From Chiloscyllium plagiosum (Eukaryota), in NCBI RefSeq assembly GCF_004010195.1, contig NC_057718.1:10778460-10842459 (forward strand): a DNA stretch of 64,000 bases, read 5' to 3'. The position numbers were made by a program, and so were the translations under genes. The stretch's first letter is position 1; every line of letters starts with the position of its first letter. A model generated the notes under the pieces. That model searched no databases, was not told the origin of the DNA, and saw only the letters and a list, made by a program, of their open reading frames with translations. Positions 38,992 to 50,109 of this stretch are shown here, in pieces.

Positions 38992-40754
38992 AGAAGTGAG
39001 TACTGCAGATTAGAGTTAAGATTAGAGCTGGAAAAGCACAGCAGGTCAGGGAGCATCTGAGGGGCAGGAAAAATTAATGTTTTGGGCAAAAGCCCTTTTA
39101 TCAGAAATTCCTCTCCCGACGTCCCCAACAGTACCCTTCCACTGATACTCTTATTCGTTTGACTGAACTGGTCCTCACCCTCAACAATTTCTCCTTCGAA
39201 TCCTCCCGCTCCTTCCAGACAAAAGAGGTAGCCATGGGCACCCACATGGGTCCCAGCTATGCCTGTCTCTTCATTAGCTATGTAGAACAATCCATGGAGT
39301 TACATCGGCACCACTCCCCATCTTTTCTTCCGCTACATTGACTGCATTGGCACCACCTTGTGCTCCAATGAGGAGGTTGGGCAGTTCATCAACTTCACCA
39401 ACACATTTCACCCCAACCTTAACTTCACCTGGACCGTCTCTGACATCTCACTCCCCTTCCTGGGCCTCTCCATCTCCATCAACAATGACCAACTCAACAC
39501 TGACATTTTTTACAAACCCACCGATTCCCACAGCTATTTGGATTACACCACCTCCCACCCTACCTCCTGCAAAAATGTTGTCCCGTATTCCTAATTCCTC
39601 CACCTCCACCACCACTGCATCTGCTCCCAAGAGGACCAGAGTTGAGAGTGTGTTGCTGGAAAAGCACAGCAGTTCAGGCAGCATCTGAGGAGCAGGAAAG
39701 TCGACATTTCGGCCTGGAGCCCTTCTTCATGAATCTGAATCAGAATTGGTTCTGGCCTGAAATATTGATTTTCCTGCTCCTCTGATGTTGCCTGACCTGC
39801 TGTGTTTTTCCAGCACCACACTCCTCAACTCTAATCTCCAGCATCTGCAGACTTCATTGTCTCTCAGGTGGAACAGTTCCACCACAGAACACATCAGATG
39901 GCCACCTCCTTCTAAAGATTGCAACTTCCCCTCCCATGTGGTTGAAGATACCCTCCAACGCATCTCATCCACGTCCCACACCTCCGCCCTCGAACCCCAC
40001 TCCTCCAACCGCAACGAGGACAGAACCCCCTGGTCCTCACCTTCCACCCCACCAATCTCCGCATAAATCGCATCATCTGCCGACATTTCCGCCACCTCCA
40101 ATTGGACCCCACTCCTATCCGCTTTCTGCAAGGACCGTTCCCTCTGCGACTACCTGGTCAAGTCCACTCCCCCCAACAACCCACCCTCCCCTCCCGGTAC
40201 CTTCCCCTGCCACCGCAGGAATTGCAAAAGCTGCGCCCACACCACCTCCTTCACCTCCATCCAAGGCCCCCAAGGAGCCTTCCACATCTATCAAAGTTCC
40301 ACCTGCACTTCCACACATGTCATTTATTGTATCCATCGCACCCAATGCCGTCTCGTTTACATTGGGGAGACCGGACGCCTTCTCGCAGAATGCTTCAGAG
40401 TACATCTCTGGGGCACCCACACCAATCAACCCCAGCATTCCGTGATCGAACATTTCAATTCCTTCTCCCGCTCTGTCGAGGACATGCAGGTCGTGGGCCA
40501 CCTTCACCACCACTCACTCACCACCCAATGCCGAGAGGAGGAACACCACCTCTTCCACCTCGGGACCCTTCAACCCCTGGGCATCAATGTGGACTTCACC
40601 AGTTCCCTGCTCCCCAGCCACACCCCCTCCCATTTAACTCCCCACCCCCGAGGCTCCCAGCCTCATTCCTGATGAAGGGCTTTTGCCCAAAACATCGATT
40701 TTCCTGCTCCGATGCTGCCTGACCTGTGCTTTTCTAGCACTACTCTAATCTTGG
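38992..40754 (+). mobile_element. Neptune-type Penelope-like element remnant with a nested fold-back mini-element (~39640-39865)
   Basis: VAMGTHMGPSYACLF, YKPTDSHSYLDY, Cys linker PCHRRNCKSC, YIGET GIY-YIG; inverted terminal repeat at the 5' end; candidate TSD ttcat(a/g)tgc. Confidence 0.9.
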
Positions 40755-41689
40755 TTCATGTGCTCATGGCTGTTTATCCTGCTTGGTACGCTATGCTCGC
40801 TTTTGCCCGATCCCCTTTGGTTGTTTTAAACCTAAGAACTATATTTATCTCCTTGAAAGCATGCATTGTTTTTCATTCATTCACAGAATGAGGACTTTGC
40901 TGGCCAGACCCGCATTTACTATCCATCTCTAATTCTGCAAATCTGTTGTATTTTTCCTTGTCTCTCCAAGATCATCTGAGTTTCAAAACGTGTGTGCCAG
41001 ATCAAAGGAGAAAGATATCATTGACATTGTTCTTGTCCACATTTACTACTTCACTTTTTTTTATTATCTAGGTGTGCACTTTTGTTTCAGGGGTAGCAAA
41101 CGAGCGATCTTAAGTTCCATGCTCATCTTTCTGAACATTACCAGAATGTTGTAATAAAAAAGTTGCTCATCAGTGTGTTTTGACAGTGTGTGCTACCTTG
41201 CTAATCAGATTGATAGATAATTCCCTATCCACTCAGCTATTGACCACCTCAAAATTCAATTGGATTAGTTGGATATAATCCACTTTTCACAAATCCATAC
41301 TGGTTCACTTTGATCCATTGATTGTATTATTCTGTCTTTGATTTATATTCCCTACAATTTATAAACTGACAGTTATGCAGTTAGCTGGTTTCTTGATTTT
41401 TTTCCACTTAAAAAATGTGATCCCACTAATTATGAGGACTACATAGATCTGCAATTCCTTCACTTAGTTCCTACCCCAAAGTGTTAAGTTATCAGGTCCT
41501 AACTTTTTTGTTTTTCCATTGCCATTTTAAAAATGTGTATTAATTCCACAAAGCTTTTCCCCTTATTAGATATATTTGTGTTAATGATATATTGTCTTCT
41601 CAACTCCTAATAGACACATTACATCAATTTAGTAATTCCTTGTTTACTAGTGTTGACTTTCCTACATCTATCTTTTCTGAATCTACATA

Positions 41690-42075
41690 TAAATTAGGAA
41701 AGCAGTAGGCCCTTGAGCCTCCTTTGCCATTTAGTAATATTATGCCTTATACGTTTATCCAACATTCCTGGCTACCCCAAAATGTCACCCCCTTGCTTAT
41801 CAAGAGTCTGTGTATCTCCACCTAAAAAATTCAAAAATACTGCTACCATTGTTTATTGAGGAAGAGAGTTTCAAAGATATGGGGGTGGGAGCTTGAGGAA
41901 TTTCCTCTTCAGGATTAAATAGGTGAACCCTTATTTTTAAACAGTGACTTCTAGTTCTAGATTCTCCCTACAGAAAGAAACATCCTTGCCACATCCTATC
42001 CTGTCAAGACCCCTCTAGTTCTTGCATGTTGCAATTTAGATGACACTTACTCTTCTAAATTCCAGTGGATACTTT
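41690..42075 (-). mobile_element. Decayed CR1 3' fragment
   Basis: aggaaagcagtaggcc...gagcct tail and ctagttctagattctcc motif. Confidence 0.6.
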
Positions 42076-42843
42076 GCTAATTCCCTGCATCCCACTTTAC
42101 CACTCTTTCTCAACATATTTATAAATTATTTGTTAGCTTTGATACTGCCTACCTTGCAAGTTTTACTTAACATTTCCATGTTGCATGTCATGATTTTCCT
42201 TTATTCCTTCGCTGTTAATACAACAGTTCTCCCAGTCACTTGAAGTGTATTGAGATTGTTTCCTTTGAGTTGTATCCTACAAGTACAACATTGTTAATTC
42301 TGCACAAGTAACTTTTGGATAGTATTGGATTGGGTCACAGTTTTGTTGTAATTATTGAGAGATAAATAACTCTTGGGGGTGAGGTATTCTGCAGAAATAA
42401 TAAAGAGGAACTATGCATTGAAACGTTTAGGAGCTGAGGAAGGAGTGATATATTTGGCATGACTTTGCATCCTAAATTGCTCAATTGTCGCAGTGTACTG
42501 CTGGTCTAGTCTTCAGCTGCTACATTTTCTTTCTGTTGTCTAGTATTAATGAGTACCGAGTGCCAATCCCCCATCGTTTTTTTTGCTGAAACTGTGTTGC
42601 CTTAGTAACTGTACCAGCTGTCAGTGTGTGGGGGAGCATGAAAAGGGGGTGTTTATTGATGCGTTTGTGTTAGTGCATTTGTGACATTAAATCCTTTTAT
42701 TAGCTGTCAACTTAATAGTAATGCAAATTATAATCACTTTTATATTCAGTATATCTGTGACTGTCTTGCCACCATCTTTTAAAAAGCCTTCATTATTTTC
42801 TGTGGTTAAAAGCCACTCAGTTACTAGTTTGGTTGGTCCATCT

Positions 42844-44704
42844 CTGAGAAAGTGAGGACTGCAGATGCTGGAGATCAGAGTTGAGGAGTGTGGTGCTGGA
42901 AAAGCACAGCAGGTCAGGCAGCATCTGAGAAACAGGAGAATCAACGTTTTGGGCATAAGCCCTTCAGAAATGAGGCTTGTCGGCCGGGGGCTGAGAGATA
43001 AATGGGAGAGGAGTGGTATTGAGGGGAAGGTGGGGGAGAAGGTGATAGGTTGGAGAGGAGGGTGGAGTGGATAGATGGGAAAGGTGATGGACAGGTCAGG
43101 TAGGTGGCGCCAAGTTGGAGGCTTGGGACTGGGATAATGTGGAGGGGAAGGGAAATGAGGAAACTGGTGAAATCCACACTGACCCTTGCAGGGTCCCAAG
43201 GTGGAATATGAGGTATTCTTTCTCCAGGTGTTGAGTGATAAGGGTTTGGCTATGGAGGCAGCCCAGGACCTGCATGTTCTTGGGGGAGTTGAAGTGTTAG
43301 CCATGGGGGGGGGGGGGGGGGTTGGTTAGTGTTGGTGTCCCGGAGATGTTCTCTGAAGCAATCCGCAAGTTGGTGTCCTGCCTAGCCGATGTAGAGGAGA
43401 CCACATCGGGTGCAACGGATACGGTAGGTAACATTAATGGAGGTCCAGGTAAATTTCTGTGGGATGTGGAGGATCCTTTGGGGTCTTGGACGGAGGTGAA
43501 GGGAGAGGTGAGGGCACAGGTTTTGCACTTGCTGGAGGTGGCAGGGGAAGGTGCTGGGAGTGGGGTGTGGCTGGTGGGGGTCATGGATCTGACGAGGCAG
43601 TTGCGGAGGGAATGGTCTCTCTGGAACACAGATAAGGGTGGGAAGGGAAATATATCTCTGCTGGTGGGGTTTGTTTGTAGGTGGCAGAAGTGGCAGAGGA
43701 TGGAGATCGCAATTTTCCTTCCCACGAGGTTGACGGTGCCCTCCAGCGCATCTCCTTCATTTCCCACATCTCCGCCCTTGAACTCCACCTCTCCCAACGC
43801 AACAAGGAGAAAACCACCCTGGTCCTCTCTTCCGTACCACCAACCTCCGTATAAATTGCATCATCCTCTGCCATTTCCACCACCTACAAACAGACCCCAC
43901 CACCAGAGAGAGAGAGTTCCCTCCCCACACCTATTTGTGTTCAGGAGAGACCGTTCCCTCCGTGATGCTTTCATCAGATCCATGTCGCTCCACCAGCCTA
44001 CACCCCCCTTCAGGCACCTTCCTCTACCACTGCAGGAAGTGCAAAACCTGTGCCCATGCCTCCACCTCCACCCTCACTGCAAAGGATCCTTCCACATTCC
44101 ACAGAAATTTACCTGTACCTTCACCAATGTCATCTATCATATCCGTTGCACCCAATGTGGTCTTCTCTACATCAGGGAGACAGGATGCCAACTTTCGGAT
44201 CGTTTCAGAAAATGTTTCTGGGACACACACCCAAACCAACCTGTGGCTGAACGCTTCAGCGCCCCTTCTCACTCTGCCAAAGACGTTCAGGGGTTGGGAC
44301 ATCTCCATCGCCAAACCCTTACCACTTGGCGACTGGAAGCAGAATGCCTCCTATTCAGCCTTGGGACCCTGCGACTACATGTGGATTTCACCAGTTTCCT
44401 CATTTTTCCCCCCCCCCCGCCCACATTATTCCAGTCTCAAGCCTCCAACTCAACACCACCCTCCTGACCTGTCCATCACCTTTCCCATCTATCTTTCCAC
44501 CCTCCTCTCCAACCTATCACCTTCTCCCCCAACTTCATGTACCTATTGCATTCCAAACTGCCTCCTAACCCCCTCCCATTTATCTCTCACCTCCCCAGCT
44601 TATAAACCTCATTCCTGATGAATGGTTTATGCCCGAAAAGTCGATTCTCCTGCTCCATGGATGCTGCCTGACGTAATGTGCTTTTCCAGCACCACACTGC
44701 ACTC
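42844..44704. mobile_element. Head-to-head Neptune-type PLE: two inverted 3' halves (GIY-YIG + terminal repeat)
   Basis: Left arm (-) ~42846-43705 and right arm (+) ~43710-44700; CKTC, CTQCGLLYIRETG; TSD tggtccatct at 42834-42843 and 44705-44714. Confidence 0.9.
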
Positions 44705-45129
44705 TGGTCCATCTAGTCTATTTTTATTTAAATATAATCTTTCTGCTTGAATCATGCTTTGGAGATCGTTTTATTGTGCACTTTATGGATTTTCTTTAGT
44801 ATGCCCTACCATGCAAATGCATCAAAAAAATGAACTTTATAAATTTAAAGTATTGTAGTTCATCAAGCATTGAGATAACAAATCATTAGAGAAGATTTGT
44901 GGCATATGGAATGAGGCAAAAGGTAGCATGTTTGATTTAAAAAAATACACTGATTGGAAAGGGACAAACCATAAAAGATGAGTGTTAGTTTATCAATGAT
45001 GGTTTCTGGAATTTGTTTGGTGACCACTCCCATTTACCATGTAAATTATATGGAACCAAGGATCAAAGGAGGGTACGTAAATTTGTGTTTGATAGAAGAG
45101 ACAAAGTAAGTCATTCAGTGAGCCCATTG

Positions 45130-46055
45130 AAGAGTCAGTTATTTACAATATATGTTAATGATGTGGTTGAGGAAAGTGAAAGTATCATTAAATTTGTGGA
45201 TGACTCAAAAATAGGTGGGAAGGCAAGTGGTAAGGATGTCTGAGTTTGCAGAGAGATAGACAGGTTAAATGGATGGCAACAACTTAGCAATTGGAATATA
45301 TTGAGGGAAAGCATGAGTTTATGTACTTGAACAGGAAGAATAGGGCAGTTGAATATTATTTAAACAGAGAAAGATTGCAGAAGGCTGCAGCCCAGGGATT
45401 TGGGAGTCATTGTGCATAAATCGCAAGAAAACTGGCATACGAGTTCAGCAAGTAATAAGGAAGACAAATTGAATATTGGCCTTTATTTTAAAGGCGATGA
45501 GTTTCAAAGTAGGCAAGCCCTGCTAAAACAATATGAGGTACTAATCAGACCATAGCTTGAATATTGTGAACAATTTGGGCCCTTTAACTAAGGAAAGCTA
45601 TACCGGCATTGGAAGCAGGCTAGAGAAGGTTTACTATGCTGATACCAGTTATGGAGGGACTGTTTTCTGAAGAGAGTTTGAGCAGGTTGGGCTTATACTC
45701 AGGTTTGAAGAATGAGAGGCATTCCAGATTCTTAGACTTGACAAGGTAGTTGCAAATTGGTTACTTCTCCTTCTGGGAGAGTCTGAGACAAGAGGACACA
45801 CCTCAGAATAAGCGTTCATCCGTTTTAAGACAGATGGCGAATTTCTTCATGGAGGGTCATGAATGTGTGGAATTCTTTACCACACAGGTTTGCAGAGGCT
45901 GGGTCATTAAGTATATTCAAAATTGAGGACAGATTTCAGAATGAAGGTTTATGGGGAAAAGGCAGGAAAGTGAAGTTGAGAATCATCAGATCACCATGAA
46001 TTCAATGAGCAGAAGAAATGGGCTGAAGGCTTACTTTTCCCACATTTTATGATCA
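45130..46055 (+). mobile_element. Decayed CR1 RT/3' fragment
   Basis: LFTIYVND...KFVDDSKIGG. Confidence 0.8.
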
Positions 46056-46389
46056 CAGCTTCAAGATGGAGCTAAGTATAAGGTGAAATGTTTTTATTTC
46101 AAAAAAGTAGAAGCAATACTTAAAGAAAATCGGTGAAGTGGGTGACCAGAGGATTGGGTGGCCAGTTTTACAATAGTTATAATTTCACAAAAGAAGACTA
46201 TTTGACCCTTTGTATCTGTAGCTTTCTAGAGCAATCCACACAGTCCCATTCTCCTCCCTCCATCTGATATGCTCAAAAGCTTATCTCTTTTCAGTGCTTA
46301 ACCAAATTTCCTTTCGTACCCCTTCCCCAAGTCTTAGGAAATAACTGCAGATGGGGAGTAAGGAAAGGATTGTTCTCTGTTGTTCAGTC

Positions 46390-46545
46390 GAGAATGTGTT
46401 GCTGGAAAAGCACAGCATGTCGGGCAGCATCCGAGGAGTTGAAAGCCCGGAATGTCGATTTTCCTACTCCTCAGATGCTCCGTGACCTACTGTGCTTTTC
46501 TAACACCACACTCCTCCAATCTCCAGCATCTGCAATCCTCACTTT
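46390..46545. mobile_element. Decayed fold-back PLE mini-element
   Basis: Inverted gctggaaaagcacag / ctgtgcttttct arms. Confidence 0.7.
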
Positions 46546-47319
46546 GCCACTGTTATTCAGAGTCTGATTGATGTGGCCTTCGAGAAAACCCAGGTGGTTG
46601 TTGGCTTGGTGATGTTACGAAGATATACAGTTTTGTTTTGGTCATCTGTCTGTCTTTTAGCTGTCTAGGATATGTGGTCAGAAGATTCATTTTGCTTTGT
46701 TGATCTTTAATCTCTCACCATTGTTAATTGCATTTTAATAAGGATATTCTTCAGATACATATGTTACCTTCTTTGGGGAAAGAATGTGGGTAAGCCAGGC
46801 TTCTGCTGAATCAGGTCATCTTTGAGATATGATTCATGCTGATGATTGTGTTAAGCTCCGAAGTAGGGAGGAAAGAAATTCTAATTTAGTTCTTTTTAAA
46901 ATGTGCTTCTGATGAATTTTAGACTTCTTGCAGTCAAGTAGAAGGAACAAGTGACTGGTTCCAGAAATAGCCAGCCATTGTCAGGACAGAAGCAAATGCA
47001 TCCTCTCTCAGAATGTGGCACCTCTTGGCATTGTGTGAACATTCAACTGAGCCAACACAAGGACTCAAATGAGGTGTTTACCTCAGCTCGTTCTGAATGA
47101 AGGAGACAATTAAAACCCGTTATTGCTTAACTTGGTGAAAATGTCTGTATCATCATCTGCTGAACACAGCAGGTTTTGAACATCACAAACCCACCTTGTG
47201 AGCTAAGTGGCGAAATGGAACTGTTGCTTTGTTGAATCACCTTTAATTATGTAGCTTTTGACTTTTGTTCATTAATCTGGTGGTAGTAACTGTTCCAGTT
47301 CCAGGTTAAGCTCTATTCC

Positions 47320-47523
47320 AAAGCATTTCCAAAGCCCCTCCCCCAAGTCCCTCCTCCCTACCTTTTATCTTAGCCTGCTGGACACACTTTCCTCATTCCT
47401 GAAGAAGGGCTTATGCCGAAACGTCGATTCTCCTGCTCCTTGGATGCTGCCTGACCTGCTGCGCTTTTCCAGCAACACATTTTCAGCTCTGATCTCCAGC
47501 ATCTGCAGCCCTCACTTTCTCTC
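47320..47523 (+). mobile_element. Young PLE terminal-repeat mini-element with HHR (47395-47429)
   Basis: 13-bp TSD taagctctattcc at 47307-47319 and 47524-47536; attc-CTGAAGA-agggcttatgcc-GAAA-cgTC-gatt. Confidence 0.88.
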
Positions 47524-47843
47524 TAAGCTCTATTCCTGTCTCTGATCTCAATATCTCTTGAAAGTTTGGCTCCTAAAGAGAGAAGCTTTTTTGCCTGTGA
47601 AGTGAATCAATTTGCAGTTTACAAAATCAGCAGTTCAGTTGCATCAGAGTTCCTATGAAGGTGACTGCTGTGTACAGTCTTCTGAAAGAACCTCAATTGA
47701 GCATTAACTTACTGGACTTTTTCAACTCGTGGACTCATTCTAATCCTTTGATTTTAAATCACTTAAATTATAACTTCCTTCCCTTTTTCATTTCGTGGGT
47801 ACATGTTTGTGTTTCATGATTTCCTCAGGTTTAGATGGAAGTA

Positions 47844-48085
47844 GGCAGAAGTGGGTATTCTAGATGCTGGAGATTAGAGTTAAGATGAGAGTGGTGCTGG
47901 AAAAGCACAGCAGGTGGGGCAGCATCTGAGGAGCAGGAAAATTGACGTTTTGGGCAAAAGCACTTCATCAGAAATCTTTATTAGGATTCCTGATGAAGTG
48001 CTTTTGCCCGAAATGTAAATTTTCCTGCTCCTCTGATGCTGCCTGACCTGCTGCACTTTCCAGCACCACTCTAATCTTGACTTTG
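47844..48085. mobile_element. Fold-back PLE mini-element
   Basis: ~95-bp inverted arms; TSD gatggaagta at 47834-47843 and 48086-48095. Confidence 0.85.
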
Positions 48086-48498
48086 GATGGAAGTAATAGT
48101 CTATTTTGATTTAACCCTAAAGAATTTGCTTAGGATCATTTTAAGTTGGACTTCATGAACCGTGTTTGGAAAGATACATCACTACATATTTTAAAAAAAG
48201 AAATAAAAGAAAATTTTAAAACTGTTCACTGTTAAAAGCAGGAGATAGTTTTAAAAAATGCAGTTTACCTCTCTTTGCGCCCCCACCCTCCCCATCAGTG
48301 TCAGATTTTGGATTGTCTTTAACCTAATTGATAATCTTAACTGAGTCTGGCAGGTCTGCCTTGCTTCAGGATGTGGTTAACGTTTGAGTTGTATTGGCTC
48401 ATCCATTGACATGTCTCTGGAGTGTCTCTATTCAATTGTGGATAACGCTACTTCCTAATCTTGATGCATGGCTTTAATTGGACAAAACTGGGTTTAAG

Positions 48499-48646
48499 TT
48501 GAAACTTTATTGCAGATTCCTGAAGAAGGGCCTGTGCCCGAAACGTCGAATCTCCTGTTCCCTGGATGCTGCCTGACCTGCTGTGCTGTTCCAGCAATAA
48601 AGTTTCAACTTTGATCTCCAGCATCTGCAGACCTCACTTTCTCCTC
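48499..48646 (+). mobile_element. Very young HHR mini-retroelement
   Basis: 16-bp TSD caaaactgggtttaag at 48483-48498 and 48647-48662; body identical to 53694-53826. Confidence 0.92.
48514..48553 (+). ncRNA. Minimal type I hammerhead ribozyme, intact core
   Basis: agattc-CTGAAGA-a-gggc(ctgt)gccc-GAAA-cg-TC-gaatct: 6-bp stem I, 4-bp stem II, GUC cleavage triplet. Confidence 0.85.
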
Positions 48647-49732
48647 CAAAACTGGGTTTAAGCATTATTGACCTCATTGGGAATAGAATTCGTATTCTAA
48701 AATTTTTGAACCAAACTGATAACATTATGATCCTAGTCAATGGTAATACAGACAAGTTGGATTGAAAAGAAGACCTCAAAAGAACGTATGTTTAGTTTTT
48801 GCATTTGGTTACAATACAGTAATGATTAATGACTTAAATATATTTGCTCACGGGCGCAGATGTTGTTCAACACAGAGCATAAATAAGTTCTATATTGTTT
48901 ATTTTCCTTGAGTAATAAACTTATGAAAATTTTAATAAACTTCAAGGCTAAGTTTCAACTGTTTCCCCAGTGCTATACATTGCAGGTATGCAATCACAGA
49001 GAAATATCTCAAGTTAACTTTTTAAAAAAAATTAACTGGTTTCTTCCTGGCTTTTTTTTAACGGGCAGTTTTGCGAGGACTTTGAGTCAATAGCCATGTA
49101 CCCCTCAATTCTAATTACCTAAATTTTTTCCGTTCTGACAAATTGAAGAAATCTGTCCAAACTCCATTGGCTTAGAAGTTCCACAGACGAGAAATCACTT
49201 CTGGTGAGGTGACTGGCTTTCCTGTACTGATTTGATTTTTCCTGCTCCAGCTAGGAGAGAGCCTGTTCTCTGATGATTCAAGACCTTGAACCTTCTGTTC
49301 TGAAACTAAAAGTAAACTAATGGCCTCAATATGTTTACTCTGTTATGAGCTCAACAGCATAACATTTTAACCATTCACACTCTATGTACTTAACTGAAGT
49401 CATCTACTTTCTTAGAAATTATGTGTTTAGCTCCATGTTAAAGCATTTTCGACTAATGCGCAGAGACTAGACTTCAGATACTTAATACTCACTGTGCTGC
49501 AATCATTATTGCACTTGGCATCATAAATGAGGATTCTGAGTCTTTGCTCATTCATATGTTAAAGAAACTGTCTGCATTTCACTGAGCACAATCAGTGTGC
49601 ATCAGTTGAGGGAGGTCCGTTTTTATCTTAGGTTTAATTTTGAAAAACCAAAGAAAACAGATACCTTAGTGTTTAACACAAACAAATCCCTCTATCATCC
49701 CAGGTTGATTCAGAATTCATGTTCTTACTATT

Positions 49733-50100
49733 GTCATAGAGTCCTACAGCATGGAGACCAGCCCTTTGGCCCAAACTGGTCCATGGCAACCAATGTGTCT
49801 ACCTACGCGAACACGGTTTTCCTCCATTAGCCTATATCCTTCTAAATCTTTCCTATCCATGTATTTGTCCAAATGCCTTTTAAATGTTGTTAATGTACCT
49901 GTCTCAACCACTTCTGCTGGCAGCTAATTCCATATGCGTATCACCCTCGCTGTGTAAAAAATCAAGTTGCCCCACATGTTCCCTTTTATTCTTTCCCCTA
50001 TGAACTTAAACTGATGTCCACTAGTCCACAATTCCCCAACCCTGAGAAAAAGACTGAGTGTATTCACCCTATCCATGTCTCTCCATGATCTGATACACTA
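49733..50100 (-). mobile_element. CR1 3' fragment
   Basis: gtcatagagtcctacagcatggagacc tail and downstream CR1 sequence. Confidence 0.8.
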
Positions 50101-50109
50101 AGAGACATC

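Noticed and set aside
43322..44467. Longest ORF (381 aa)
   Set aside because: Crosses the inversion junction of a decayed PLE; not a coherent protein.
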